Source: Eledone cirrhosa (lineage: Eukaryota). Taken from it: DNA of 64,000 nucleotides. Both the position numbers and the translations under genes were made by a program. This document shows positions 14,109 to 28,364 of the stretch, piece after piece. Within the stretch, counting starts at the first letter, position 1. Each line of letters begins with the position of its first letter. Where the stretch lies: NCBI GenBank assembly GCA_964016885.1, contig OZ024740.1, positions 346,580,001 to 346,644,000 of the forward strand, read 5' to 3'. The notes under the pieces were generated by a model that had not been told where the DNA came from, did no database searches, and saw nothing but the letters and a program-made list of their open reading frames with translations.

Positions 14109-14411
14109 TTAAAATATAGTCTAGATAGATGAGAAACAAACGTGGATGTAGTTTATGGAACACCCAAATGATTTAGAAGTCGACGTCAAGTAGGAGCAAT
14201 ATAATAAAGAAAGACATGAACGACCCCACATCATTTTGTTTAGAACATTTTGAAAGTAGTTTTATAAGTACAAATTAGTATATATATATATATACTAATT
14301 TGTATATATATATATATAACCAAAGATTAATATGGGTCATTGCTTACTCAATGAATATAGTTTTACAATAGAATAAAAGCACTCTACAGTGAAAGATTTC
14401 TGGAGTTATTA

Positions 14412-16715
14412 ATATTATTCAAAATATTAATAAATGAAGACGTTCACATAATCAAAATATATGTTTTATTATATACATTTCGGAGGTTCTGTGTTGTTTT
14501 TACAGTACGTCCTCATCAGATAATATATATGAATTGATGTATGACATACCTCAACTGTCTTGATGGTTCAATTCCAGTATTGGCAGTGATTTATTACAAC
14601 AAATCTCAATATTTATATACACAAATAATAACATGATAAACTTAAATATGATAAAGAAGGCTGGAGAGCGAGATATAAGTATAAGGAGGGGGGTGAATAT
14701 GAGAAAATGTAAGAAGAAATAAATAAACACATACGTACATAAATATTTAAATATTTAAATGCGTAAATATCTGTGTTAGGGAAGAAAAGGAAGAGAGAGT
14801 GAGATAGATAGAAGAGAAGAAAGAAGAAGGGAGAAAAAAGAAGAGAAGATAGAAGAAGGAGAAAGAGAGATAGGAGAGAGAACAGGGAAGACGTAACTGC
14901 AAAAAGGAAAGAATGAAAGAAAGAAAGAAAGAAGAAAGGGACATGATGCGTGACCGTTGTTTTCAAATATTAAGTCAAATAGAAGCGACCAATTAAATAC
15001 CGTGAAATTTTTAATATCTCTTGTATTTGGTTATGTTTAAGCTAATTATACCAAAATTATTATATAATTATACCAAAATTATTATATCAAAATTAAACAA
15101 TACAAAAATATTTTCTATAATAATCAGAAGCATTTTTCAATTAATAAATATATTCAATATTTTATTACAAAATTCAAAAAACAAAAACATTTTTAACTAT
15201 CAAGCAAGTTTACAAACATATTAAATATGTATAAGGATATTTACCACAACTTATTCTCATATCACTATCAGTATATGCATTTTATATAATGTTTAGAATT
15301 ATTATCTGAATTATTCTTTTTACATTATAAACAGTTGTCATTTACTTATATGATTAATAAGTAGTTATATTTACTCTTGAAAGTATTATTATTTCGATTT
15401 TAATTCCGTAACTATATCATAATATCATAATATATGTGTTTCCCTTTAAGGATAAATATTATAAATCATCTTAACATTATTAATCCATTTGGATAGATCG
15501 AACATTATATACAAAGAGTGTAAACAAATGAAGGTAATCCATATGTGATCCATTTATATTAACTAAGTGCTTCGAAAGCCAGAAGATATTTCAAACGGCA
15601 AATTCAGAAAATTCTAGTTATACAATGACCATTCTAAAACCGAACTTAGGATAGTGAGTCACATCATGAGATTAATTTACTATATAAAAAAATTGAATTA
15701 TATATAAAAATTGAATTATATTTAAACGAATTGAATTATATATATAATGTTTTGCCTTACCTTAAATATTGTATATCGCTTTATTTTATAATTATTTATT
15801 AATCATATAAGTAAATGACAACTGTTTATAATGTAAAAAGAATAATTCAGATAATAATTCTAAACATCATATAAAATGCATATAATGATGGTGATATGCG
15901 AATAAGTTGTGGTAAATATCCTTATACATATTTAATATGTGTGTAAACTTGTTTGATAGGTAAAAATGTATTTGATTTTTGAATTTTGTAACAAAATATT
16001 GAATATATTTATTGATTGAACTATGCTTCTGATTATTATAGAAAATATTTTTATATTGTTTATTTTTTATATGATATATTAGTATAATTAGCTCAAACAT
16101 AGCCAAATACAAAAGATATTAAACATGTCACGGTATTTAATTGGTCGCTTCTATTTGACTTAATATTTGAAAACAACGGTCACGCATCATGTCCCTTTCT
16201 TCTTTCTTTCTTTCTTTCATTCTTTCCTTTTTGCAGTTGCGTCTTCCCTGTTCTCTCTCCTATCTCTCACTCTTCTTTTACTACCCTCTCTCCTTTTTTC
16301 TCTCTTCTTCTTTCTTCTCTTCTATCTATTTCTCTCTTTTTCTTCCCTAACAAAGATATTTACGCATTTAAATATTTAAATATTTATGTACGTATGTGTT
16401 TATTTATTTCTTCTTACATTTTCTCATTCTCATCCCCTCCTTATACTTATATCTCGCTCCACATCCTCTTCTTCATCATATTTAAGTTTATTATGTTATT
16501 ATTCGTGTATATAAATATTGAGATTTGTTATAATAAATCACTGCCAATACTGGAATTGACAATCAAGACAGTTGAGGTATGTCATACATCAATTCATATA
16601 TTTTATCTGATGAGACGTACTGAAAAAAAACAGCACAGTACCTCCGAAATATATATAATAAAATATACATTTTGATTATGTGAACGTTTTCATTTATTAA
16701 TATTTTGAATAATAT
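14412..16715. repeat. Long inverted repeat/foldback element: arms ~14412-15369 and ~15787-16715, ~420-bp spacer
   Basis: The arms are reverse complements along their length with scattered substitutions and indels. This shows in the mirrored ORFs MKTTVTHHVPFF at 14613(-) and 16167(+). Confidence 0.9.
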
Positions 16716-16911
16716 ATATATACTTACACATACACACGAACGACTGACCAAATGTTGTTTGGTGCCAATGGGTTAAAGACATCTATCAAATCAATTAGTG
16801 GTGGAGGTGGTGTGTGTTTATATATATATATATAATAAATGTATATATATATATATAATATATATATAATAAATAATGTATATTTATCTATATAATATAT
16901 ATATAATATAT

Positions 16912-16945
<34 letters not shown>

Positions 16946-17043
16946 ATATATATATATATATAATATATATATATATAATATATATATATATAATATATAT
17001 ATATATATATAATATATATATATATATAATATATATATATATA

Positions 17044-17101
<58 letters not shown>

Positions 17102-17174
17102 CATACATATATATATACATACTTACATACACACACACATACACACACACACACCTATATATATGTATATATAT

Positions 17175-17299
17175 ATTGTTTCCGAAGAAGGGCTCTGATT
17201 GAACCTATATATGAGGTATGATAGTATACAGTTATATACCTGCTATAGATCAGACAGTATGTGAATATGATGAAACCTCGGAAACGAACGTAAAACAAT
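17175..17299 (+). ncRNA. Hammerhead-like motif with ~90-nt expanded stem II (U4>C, probably decayed)
   Basis: ATTGTTT-CCGAAGA-[92 nt]-GAAAC gaac GTA-AAACAAT, with a perfect 7-bp stem I. Confidence 0.55.
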
Positions 17300-17382
17300 G
17301 ATATGAATAGGTAAAATAACTTGACTTTGTTATTGCTTTCATTAATAATATATCTAATATCTCACTTCGTATTTAAGGAATA

Positions 17383-17413
<31 letters not shown>

Positions 17414-17418
17414 ATATC

Positions 17419-18630
17419 TTCCGTTTTTTATTTGGGTGAGGAGATCCATCTGCTGTCAACACCCTTCGAAAGGAGAGCTGGGGATGCCGTGGCTAATGAT
17501 GCGTAAACACGCATTAAGGCTACGGCACCTCTACGTATTCCTCACCGGACAACCGGTGTGGGCCTCGTTTGTGAGACGAACCTTTCCCAGACTCGTCTCA
17601 CTCACCGAGCTGCAATCCTGGGTCAAGCAAAGACCGAGAAAACTGGGCGCCTGGCACACTGAGTGTGCCCAGGCGCTCACCGCCCTCTGGCAGGCGGATC
17701 CGGTTATCAGTGGAGACTCCACCGCAACATTCTATAGAGGGCTGGTACGCAGCAGGTGCGACGACGCCCTCGGAGAAGCCCTAGACATGGAGGAGGACGA
17801 ACTGGCCAGCATGTTCGGTAGGACATTCATCCCGGGACCTATGGACAACTTCCAGAAGTCCCTGGCCTGGCAGTGCTACCGAGGGGCTTTACCCGTTCGA
17901 GAAAGGCTCTACAGACACGGGCGCCCGGGTAGAGACCCCGCCAAAAAGATCTGTCCCAGATGCGTGTGCGACGAGGAAACCGTTGCACGCATTGGTACAC
18001 TGCTCGGGCGTAGCCGATCTGTGGGGCTATGTCGAACAACTGCTGTCAAGGGTGGGACCGATCCGGTTGACCACCGAGTCTATTGTAATGATCAAGCCGC
18101 CTCCCCCCTTCAAAGATGAAGCAGAGGCGGTGTTTCTGTGCGTAATAGCCATGGCGAAAGAGGTTGTATGGTGGACGCGTCTGAAAGGACTGAGGTCAGG
18201 CACCTTTCTCTCTGGCCAACAACTGGTCCGTTTCTTCCGATATCATTTCGGAAGAAGGATCAGGATGGAGAGAGAGGTGCTGCACCCCAGTCGTTTTTAT
18301 GAAAGGTGGGTGAAAGTGGCGAGAATGGCCCGTGTGAATGGGCCTTCTCTTTACATGAGCCTGTAGGTAGAAAAGAGGAAGGAACGAGGGAGCACCCCCT
18401 CTCTGTGCTCCTGAGGAAAAGGGTTGCACACTTTTTTCGGGGGTGTGTGCGACCCCCCAAGGCGCCTCCTCTCTATTGAGGATTTTGTTATAAATTTTAT
18501 TTTTTGTTATATCTTATTTTATTTTTATACTTTGTTATTGCCTCCTCCTTATTGAGGACGCCTTTTTGTGTAAACTCCCCCCATTGTACTTGTCCCACTT
18601 TTGATGCCCTAGTGGCAAATAAAAGAAACA
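17419..18630 (+). mobile_element. 5'-truncated Tx1/L1-clade element (family D) in (TATC)n, 19-bp TSD
   Basis: The ORF2 C-terminus (RRSICCQHP, CPRC...ETV.H...C) is homologous to families A-C. The 3' end is GGCAAATAAAAGAAACA. TATCTATCTATATATCTTC occurs at 17403-17421 and 18631-18649. Confidence 0.9.
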
Positions 18631-18643
18631 TATCTATCTATAT

Positions 18644-18799
<156 letters not shown>

Positions 18800-19020
18800 T
18801 ATGTGTGTGTGTGTTTGAGCAGTGAACAATAAAAACAGAAGTCAGTTGTAGGTAAATCGTTAGTTTAAGTTTCTACGATTTGCATGGTAGTTGTTAAGTC
18901 ACTATCGATACCTAGTCCTTTTCATAAACGCTCTATCAGAATAACATTATCAACCCCAATACAACCAGGTAAATGACGGGATATACACACACACACACAC
19001 ACACACACATACACACACAT

Positions 19021-19053
<33 letters not shown>

Positions 19054-19156
19054 AATATACACGGGTGTGTATGATTGGGTATAGAAGATTATATTAATAA
19101 AAGGAATTCCAACTTTGTCTGGATTTACTCGTTTTATTTACAATCCTTTAAAATTA

Positions 19157-19341
19157 TAATTGTTTCTACTTTTGGCACAACGCCAGCAATTCACCAGTGT
19201 ATTACTGGTACTTTATTTTATCGACCCCGTAAGGATGAAAGGCAAAGTTAACCTTGGCGGGATTTGAACTGAGATCATAAAGGGGCGTAACTCTGTGCTG
19301 CAAAGCATAGCGTCCGACCCTCTACCGATACTGCCAATCCA
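19157..19341 (-). mobile_element. tRNA-derived SINE nested in the Penelope LTR
   Basis: Same family as 882-1072. The uninterrupted target is visible at ~53790-53815. Confidence 0.88.
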
Positions 19342-19393
19342 AATGATATTATAATGAAATAGTATGGTAGAATATTAAATGTTAAGTGTTAAT

Positions 19394-19432
19394 TGAACAA
19401 GTACTTTCATGCTTTCGCAATCTTCAGGTTCA
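19394..19432 (-). ncRNA. Minimal hammerhead ribozyme
   Basis: Minus strand: TGAAC-CTGAAGA-tTGC gaaa GCAt-GAAA GTAC TT-GTTCA. Stem III is palindromic (AAGTACTT), and stem II has a GNRA loop. Confidence 0.75.
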
Positions 19433-20130
19433 TATTCTGTGGTGACAATCAAGTTTGCAATGTTCAACTATAATGAGATGGGTAAATGTTGTGCCTTATA
19501 TACAGTGAAAAGCGGCTACAGAATGCTAAGTTTTGTAAACTGTATTTCGACCAATCGGTGTGTATTTTCACTGGATTACTAAAGCTGATTGGTTTAGGTG
19601 TCACGGCTGGTTGAGCATATCTAGCGACTTCTATTTGTCCCTATCCATAGCATCAATTGTTTTGCTATTTTTATAAATAATGAAAATAGCATTTTCTAGG
19701 TTTTTTATAAAAAGTCATCAGTAATCATCACCATCAACATCACTTTTATTATTATTATTGTTGTTGTTGTTGTTGTTGATAGTGGTAGTAGTCGACATGG
19801 TCGTAGGGGTAGCCATAGTTGGAGTAATACCCCTAAGCATTATTATTGTTCATTTAGCTTGGGTTGGAATTTATTAATAAAATTATTTTCTTTAATTTTT
19901 CTCTGGATTTCACTTGTGCTGTGTAATTTGTAGAATGGAAATTTTATAAATATTTTCTGACCACATGTTGCTAGATGGTTACTCAGGGGTATCTGGCGGA
20001 CATTTGGGTCTCTGATTAGCTGTAGGTCCACACGTGCACGTTCCGATAGTGCATTTCCAGTTTGTTTGACCGGCATATAGTTCTTCACAATTCGGACATT
20101 TATGCTGTAATATATATATATATATATATA

Positions 20131-20311
20131 TAATTGTTTCTACTTTTGGCACAAGGCCAGCAATTAACCAGTACATTACTGGTACTTTATTTTATCGACC
20201 CCGTATGGATGAAAGGCAAAGTTAACCTCGGCGGGTTTTGAACTCAGATCATAAAGGGACGTAACTATGGTGGAAAGCATGTCCGACCCTCTACCGATAC
20301 TGCCAATTCAC
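20131..20311 (-). mobile_element. tRNA-derived SINE copy
   Basis: Same family as 882-1072. Confidence 0.88.
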
Positions 20312-20911
20312 TATATTATATTATATCATATCGTTTCAGCAAGGAGAAATATATGTATATGAGAAAGGTATTCCTTCGCTTCTCAGAAAAGTCTATGATT
20401 GATAGATGCGCTTTTATGGTTTAGCGGATGAAACCACATGCAATAGCTTAGATTACATTTTGTTTTTTTAATCTCTGCTAACTACATAGCGGAGGGGATA
20501 TAATTATATCCTAAGATTTTAGCCTCGTAATCAACGGAAGTAATTATCAGCAAATATAATTAAAATAACTACGTACTTATAACCGTACAGAGGATACTTT
20601 TTTAATCATCAAATTAGAATATCTATCTTGATAATGAAGGAAAGTATAAAAGTTTTCTTTTAATGTATTATGAATAAAATATTGAAAACATTAGCGTGTA
20701 TATACATACACCGCACATTCAAACACAATCAACTATATATGGATGTGTGCACATGCAGACACAAACATACACACATGCGCGGTCGAAACCCACGCACACT
20801 CGCAAACACACCACAATGGCGTTTTTATTTGCTTTAGCAGTTATTTCGTATACAGTATGAGTGGAGTTTGACACATGGTACTGATAAATGTTTCTATCTT
20901 ATCTATTGTGT

Positions 20912-20996
<85 letters not shown>

Positions 20997-21052
20997 AAAT
21001 AAGTAAGTTAAATATGTAAAATGTAGCCTCGTTTATTATAAATTACAAATTT

Positions 21053-21111
21053 ACTGCTATATATATATATTTCGGTGATAGCTATTATTGGCTGTGACTT
21101 CTTCAGGCAGT
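21053..21111 (-). ncRNA. Degenerate hammerhead motif with (AT)n stem III
   Basis: Minus strand: ACTGC-CTGAAGA-[26-nt imperfect stem II]-GAAA TATATATAT ATA-GCAGT. Confidence 0.55.
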
Positions 21112-21742
21112 CCGAATTGGTGTGGAAAAAACAGGTACACATGTTGTTGAAGTGTGTTCCACTCTGTCAATACATCGATATGTCCAGCTCCTGGGTGTGT
21201 TGTTAGTCCTCCGAAGAACTGGAATTATATGGCCTAGAACAAACGAATTTCAGCGAAATAGGATACGCCCATAAAGATCTGTATATATATATAAATTAAT
21301 TTAAAATATACCACAACACAATTTAATCGATCCACTCTCATACATGTCACACACACACAACCACACACACACACACATATACACACACACATTTGTGTAT
21401 TTTTCTTACATATATAACTGACCAAACTTGACAAGCAATCTTACATATTCTTGGAAAACAAATAATATTGAAACAGGTCCGTTTCTTTCAACAGGATTGC
21501 ATAAAATCCATTCCTAATGCGTTGTATAGATCAGCTTCCGTTTTGACATTGTATGGTTATTCTCAAGTAATTGAAGATTTTCTACTCCACATATTATTGA
21601 TGCAAGTCTCTACTTGTATGTATGACAATCATAGAAAACAGGCTGCTCGGGTATTTTTTTGTTCTCCCATTTTTTCTTCTTTGAACACGCTGTAATTGTA
21701 ACCCATTTGTGAGTGTATCTCTGTCAGTATGCATATATACTT

Positions 21743-21912
<170 letters not shown>

Positions 21913-22665
21913 ATACGAGATGCATTTACACCACGTTTTATCAATCCGTAGGCAGAAAATATGTCATCGAGCATTCAAGGGTTTCATGATAGATCATAAT
22001 TATGGAGTGGTTTGTAGCGATGAGCTATTTATAGCTACTCAAACCAGGACTCAATTAATCTGATTAGTTGAATTTATATAGCAGAGGCTCAGCTGACAAT
22101 GCGGTATATTTAGACACGTCATAGCACAATGCATGGTAATTTTGGAACATTTGAAATGCAACATATTTCATTTTTAAGAAACATATAATATTAGCCACGT
22201 AATGAAGTGTGAACAAAGAAGTGATGACATGGACTTTATCTTACGTTGCTAGAAAAAATGAATCTGTTCTGTTCACAAAACTTCCTCTTCTACGAATATC
22301 TCATAACCACTATGGAGTAAAGTATATATTAATTAAATCCCACTTTAATTCCATGCATTGTTTTGCAAAGTAGACATAGAAATAGCTTAAATATACCAAT
22401 CTCTCTGTGGACAGAAGATGCGTACTATTCTGAAAATATCCAGAACAATAGAAATATATCATATGCACTTATAAACAAGATAAAATATATAACAGTACAG
22501 TGGAATAATTGTGTGTACGAATATTTGTATACATGTTATCGGGTTTTGTCTTTGTGTACGATTTTGTACCTATGTGTATTTCTGCACGTATATTATACTG
22601 ACTAACCTTTTATTCCGTAAATATACGCACTTATTCGAATCAACATACACTGCTATATACACATA

Positions 22666-22698
<33 letters not shown>

Positions 22699-22699
22699 T

Positions 22700-22759
<60 letters not shown>

Positions 22760-22813
22760 TATACATATATATGTATATTTATACATATATATATATATAT
22801 AAATACTTATATA

Positions 22814-22854
<41 letters not shown>

Positions 22855-22861
22855 TATACAC

Positions 22862-22892
<31 letters not shown>

Positions 22893-23008
22893 AATACATA
22901 TATATTTATAAATACTTATATATATATTATATATATATACACATATATATAAATGCATATATATATAGAAATGCAAATATATATATATAAATGCATATAT
23001 ATATATAA

Positions 23009-23091
<83 letters not shown>

Positions 23092-23110
23092 TTTATATAT
23101 ATATACACAC

Positions 23111-23145
<35 letters not shown>

Positions 23146-23741
23146 TAGAGGGAGATATGTCATACATATATATTTATATAGACATGTGTGTGTTTGTAAT
23201 ATGATTTTGCTTTTTTAAACTTTATATATTTACTCAAACAAAGATTAAAAAAAGAACATAAACGAAAAAGTAAAAAAAAAAAAAAGTGAAATGCTCACCA
23301 GCAAGAAATAATATTTCAACCAGACATGATTTAGAAATATTTGGTTGCAGGAAATGAGAATTTATCTTTAGAAACATGAAATTGGGAAATATGATGAAGA
23401 AATATAAAATGTAAACAGTGCAAGACATAAAAATGCTAACGAAAATATAACACATATTCTTCCATTATATTTTACCTCTTTCATCTCCAATATCATATGA
23501 GTTTTCTAAGATATTTCATATTCCAAGAAAAAACATTCAAAAAAACATTTATTTTCTCTCTTTTCTTTGACTTAAAATTGACGAGAAATCGTATCTATTT
23601 CTTACGCTATCTTTTGATAGATCTATATTCCTATACAGAATTTTTACATAGGATACGCACGTGCTCACACAGATACATACAAACACATACTTGTATGCAC
23701 AGAGAAATCTGTAAGTTTCAAATGATTGCGAACATATATGC

Positions 23742-23823
<82 letters not shown>

Positions 23824-23872
23824 TTTTTGTATATAAAATCAAATATAAATCGCTGTATTTATATGTATTTAC

Positions 23873-23955
<83 letters not shown>

Positions 23956-23998
23956 GGAATACTGTTGGCTTCTTGCTACAATAATTTCTATACTTTTC

Positions 23999-24039
<41 letters not shown>

Positions 24040-24588
24040 TGAGTGTGTTAGTATGTGTGCTTGTGTGTAATGCGCTGACCTGAAAAGAAGGCACGACCCT
24101 GTGGTCATGATAATACCCTATAGGATATATAGTTCTTGGGAAGTGAAAGCCATAAGTATACACGAGGCACTCAAGTCGTGCACCGAAACATTAATTTACT
24201 TATGCAGGGTACAAAAGCGGATGTTGCATCATTTCATCACATAATTCACTTAGGGAAGAGCCAACATTTGATTTTTCCTGAGATGGCAGCATGGGTAGTC
24301 ATATTTATCAACCTAGAACAGGTGTGACTGAACCACTCTAACCGCATTTGAACAGAACAACATCGGAAAGCTGCTATCAGCAGAAAACTGCAGGCAGCGT
24401 TTTGTGGAAGTTGTGTGAGAGAAAGATGAAGAGAAGTCGGAAGCAAAGATACTAAACCACTTATCGTGCTAATGAAAGGGACAACTTTCCGACCAATGAA
24501 GCCGATTAAACAGGGAAGAACAATATCAAGTAAAACACGCAGCAACGATATTGGAGATGAGAAAAAGGAAAGAAAACAAGCGCAAAAT

Positions 24589-24654
24589 AGAAGAAGAAGA
24601 AGAAGAAGAAGAAGAAGAAGAAGAAGAAGAAGAAATAATAATAATAATAATAAT
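24589..24654. repeat. (GAA)n-(AAT)n compound microsatellite, left border of retrotransposon stack 1
   Basis: Read directly from the sequence. Confidence 0.95.
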
Positions 24655-24905
24655 GCTTTCTTTATTAACCACAAGGGTTTACATAAAGTAGACATTAAGC
24701 AGAGTACAGGACAATACAGGACGGTACTAATGGGCATTTCTGCGTGTAAAAAAACAAAAACAGAGGATGTAACAAAAACATAACAAGGAAAATTCCCCAA
24801 TAGGGGAGAGACTTCCGAGGGACGTTTGTGGAGAAAGCCCATTAAAAGGCCACAGTGACCCTGACCACCAGGTCAAGTGCCTTCTCCCAGTTTTCAACCT
24901 TTAAT

Positions 24906-27900
24906 TTACAGACACATACTCAGAGTAGGCCCATTCACTCGGGCCATACTTGCTTCTCTCACCCATCTTTCAACAAAATGCTGCGGGAAGAGAGCATTTC
25001 CCTCTCTACCCTGATTTTCCTTTTCAAATGAAATTTGAAAGAGTTAATCAGGGCATCACCGATGAGGTAAGTGATCGTCTTCAGCCCTTTCAAACGTATC
25101 CACCATACTATCTCTTTCGCCATGGCCACCAGACATATGAAAACTGCCTGCCCTTCCCGGCTAAAGGAGGAGGGCGGGGCAATCCTCAAGATGGATTCAG
25201 CTGATAGCTGGATACGTCCTACAGTTGACAGCAGGTTTTCGACATGAACCCACAAGTCAGCTATGCTCGGACACTGAACGAGTGCGTGCAGGACGGTTTC
25301 ATCGCCCTGCGCGCATCTAGGACATGCCCGGCTGACGGCACCTCCATGCCTGTAGAGTTTATCCCGACTGCCAAAGCTCCTCAGTAGCACTGCCAGGCCA
25401 GGGATATCTGGAAGTTGTCCATAGGCCCCGGCCCGAAATTTCTTCCGAAGAGATTGGCTAGTTGATTTTCGTCGACGCCTAGACTTTCTCCAAGTACGTC
25501 GTCGCTCTTCCCCTCCACTAATCCTCTATAGAACGCCAAGGTGGAGTTTCCAACGATCACATTGCCCGATTGGTCGAGCGCTGTGAGCACCTGAAGACAT
25601 TCCAGTCTCCAAGCGCTCCCTCCTGGTCTTAGCTTGACACATGACTGCAGCTCCGTCAAGGAGACGAGCTGGGGAAAGACGCGTCTAGCAAACGGCGACC
25701 ACACCTGATCACCGTCGAGGAAGAGGTGGAGATGTCGTAGCCTGAGCGCGTGTCTGCGCATCATCAGCCACGGCATGCCCAGCCCCCCGCGTAGCGGGTG
25801 TTGACAGCAGATGGACCGTCTGACCATCGGAGCGCGTTCCTTCCCCAAAAAGCGAAAGAGCAAACGCTCCAGCGCATTCACGCGGGGCTTAGGACAAGCC
25901 ACGACGGTCAGGCGGTAGCAGATGACGGACGCGATGTACGCGTTAGCCACCTCCGCTCGAGCTTTCAGGTATAGCTTCCTCTCCGCAATTTCTGAGTGAG
26001 AGAAGTCGGCCTGCTCGTCACCTCGTTCCTGTTTTTGTACGTCTGGAGGTTCTGACCGAACAAGACCCTAGCAATTTAACCGGTCCGTTGGGGGAGGGGG
26101 GATTAGACCTGCCTCTCCAGATGCCGAGCTGCAGGCCCACTGACCTGGTTGATCATTGCTCCTGTCACCGCTTCGTATTCTCTTAGTGTAGTGCCCATCG
26201 CCTGGATGTGTTTGGCGTTCGAAACCACTACGGTGGCATCGTCCGCATATGCTGACACAGATATTGCGCATCCTAGTTCGCGCAGGATGCCATTCAACGT
26301 CTCCTGTTTATGCAGTAATGGCTCGAGAGTCAATACGTACAAGAGTGACTGGAGGGGACATCCTTGGTGGACCGAGCGCATGATATTGAACGGTTCCGAA
26401 AAGTGACCGTTCACTCTCACCACAGAGCAGATGTCGCTGTGCATGGCAGCGATCCAGCCTCTGAAAACGTGTCCAAAGCCAGCCGCCCTCAGGACTGCCA
26501 CTAGGTAACGATGGTCGACCCTATCGAAAGCTTTCGACTGATCTAAATTGATCAAGGACCCACCCATGCCAGTTTCCCTAGCTACCCTCTCTACGATGTA
26601 TCGCATGAGGTGGAGGTTGTCGTGGATGGATCTGTCGGGAATGGAGCATGTCTGTGCCTCTCCCACCAGACCACCAACGACAAGCGCCAACCTCTTTGCT
26701 AGCACCTTGGCCAAAATCTTGAACTCTGTGTTTAGCAGAGTTATGGGCCTAAAATTATCTATGTTATCCCCCTTGTTCGGATCCTTTCTCAGCAGCGCCA
26801 CGGCTCCTCCGCTCACAGAGCTGGGAATTATTCCGTTCTGTTGCCAGTTGCAGTAGACGTCCGCCAAGAGGCCTCCGAACAAGTTTGGCATATGTACGTA
26901 AAGTTCATAGGGCAGACCATCCGGACCAAGCGATTTACCCTTTGTGCTGCCTGTCATTGCCTCCCATACTTCAGCGGCTGTTATCGGCTTTTCGCAACAC
27001 TCCGCCTCATTGGCCAAGAGCCACGGCAGTCCGGCGAGGTAGACACTAAAGCCCGCCACTGCCCCCGAACAGCTGAGCGATGTGTCGCTGAAAAGCTTCG
27101 CACATTTGCCCGGGATCGAATAGCATGCGCCCGTAGTGGTCCACCAAATACCAGATCGTGACTTTGTTACAATGACGCGCCTCCGCCACTCGGGCCCATT
27201 GAACCGCTTTCGCCCCCTCGTGTCTGAGAGCACGCACCCTAGCTCTGACAACGCAGCCTTCGTGCTTTGCATTGAAGGATTGGTCAAGGGCCAATTGCGC
27301 CGCAAGTACGTCGGTCGCGATGCCTTTGCTTAGCGCCTCGTCTAATTTTCTAACTAGTTCTCCCTCTGCTCTATTTTTCTCTATTGCTAAAGCCTTACTA
27401 AACATAATGGACTCTATTCTAATCGCTCTTTCAGAGCAAACCACCAATTGTTGTTGATGATGGCCGCCGTCAACGCCCGCTTAACTAGTTCGCTAATCCC
27501 GTCTATGTAGGCCTTGCGCGCTGGTAAGGACGCTTTTAACTTCCAGTAGCCGGGTCCTCGTCTATGAAGCCTATCTAAGTCAAGCACACAGATCACGAAT
27601 TTGTGGACCGTGTAGCTGACTATCTTGAATTGTGGTCAGCTTATGCTAGACCTATCTATTTCCCTACAAAATACTCTATCTAGATATGATCTGGATGAAC
27701 CTATCCGATTTGTGCAAGTCCACATTGGCACATTCGAGAAATCCAATCCGTACCTGTCAGGCAGTTTAAAACGCCTGAGCAGGTTGGTGAGGCTCGTGCA
27801 CCCTCCTCCCCTATCCGTTAATCCCACACAGTCCCAGCGTGCATCTTAGATTCCGTTCCAGTCGCACACTAACACTAAAGAGCGGGACGTTCCAAGAAAG

Positions 27901-28329
27901 GTCTCCAGACGCCGGAAGTATCAGGCCACCCTGCTGCTGTTGGGGCATAGACGGCCACCCTGCTGCTGTTGGGGCATAGACGGCCACCCTGCTGCTGTTG
28001 GGGCATAGACGGCCACTAGCCTGTAAGCTTGCCTGTCTACGCTGATCACGTCCAGCACGACCAATTTACCTTCTGGGTCCAGGAAGATGGCCCGTATCGC
28101 GAGATCCAAACCTCTCCGAAAAAGCACAGCAACTCCACCCCCCGATCCAGGACGGCTGGGAGATGCGTACACATCGTAGCCGCGCAAGATCGGTGCGATG
28201 GCCCGTGCTTCGGAGATCCTGGTCTCGCTGATGGCCACTACATCTATGTTTAGTGACCAGAGGTCGTTGAGCAGGTGGCCCTGCTTCCATGACGACCCGA
28301 AGCCACGCGCCGATTCTGAGTAAGGTCAT
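24906..28329 (-). pseudogene. Tx1-A1 ORF2 (APE-RT), multiple frameshifts
   Basis: ORF pieces are collinear with the 788-aa ORF of copy A2. Confidence 0.9.
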
Positions 28330-28364
28330 GTTGAAATGGAGCGGAAAAGATGGGAAAGACGACT

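Larger units (their letters stand above)
19052..20110 (-). mobile_element. Penelope-like element remnant, second family (GIY-YIG C-terminus and 3' pseudo-LTR), interrupted by a SINE
   Basis: CPNCEELYAGQT, then ..LSER.R...SNHLATC..FPFYK..RKIKENNFINKFQPKLN (19843-20110). There is a hammerhead downstream, and the same LTR sequence recurs at 53737-54165. Confidence 0.85.

Noticed and set aside
20333-20386. Minus-strand hammerhead-like CTGAGA-AGCGAAGGA...TCCTTGCT-GAAAC
   Set aside because: The core is one base short, and the cleavage site and stem I partner are missing. It is at best a remnant
24070-24590. Moderately GC-rich segment as a host exon
   Set aside because: It has no recognisable protein motif or convincing splice-site pair
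27924-28016. CRISPR-like 29-bp repeats
   Set aside because: There are no spacers and no cas genes; this is a tandem duplication in a eukaryotic retroelement
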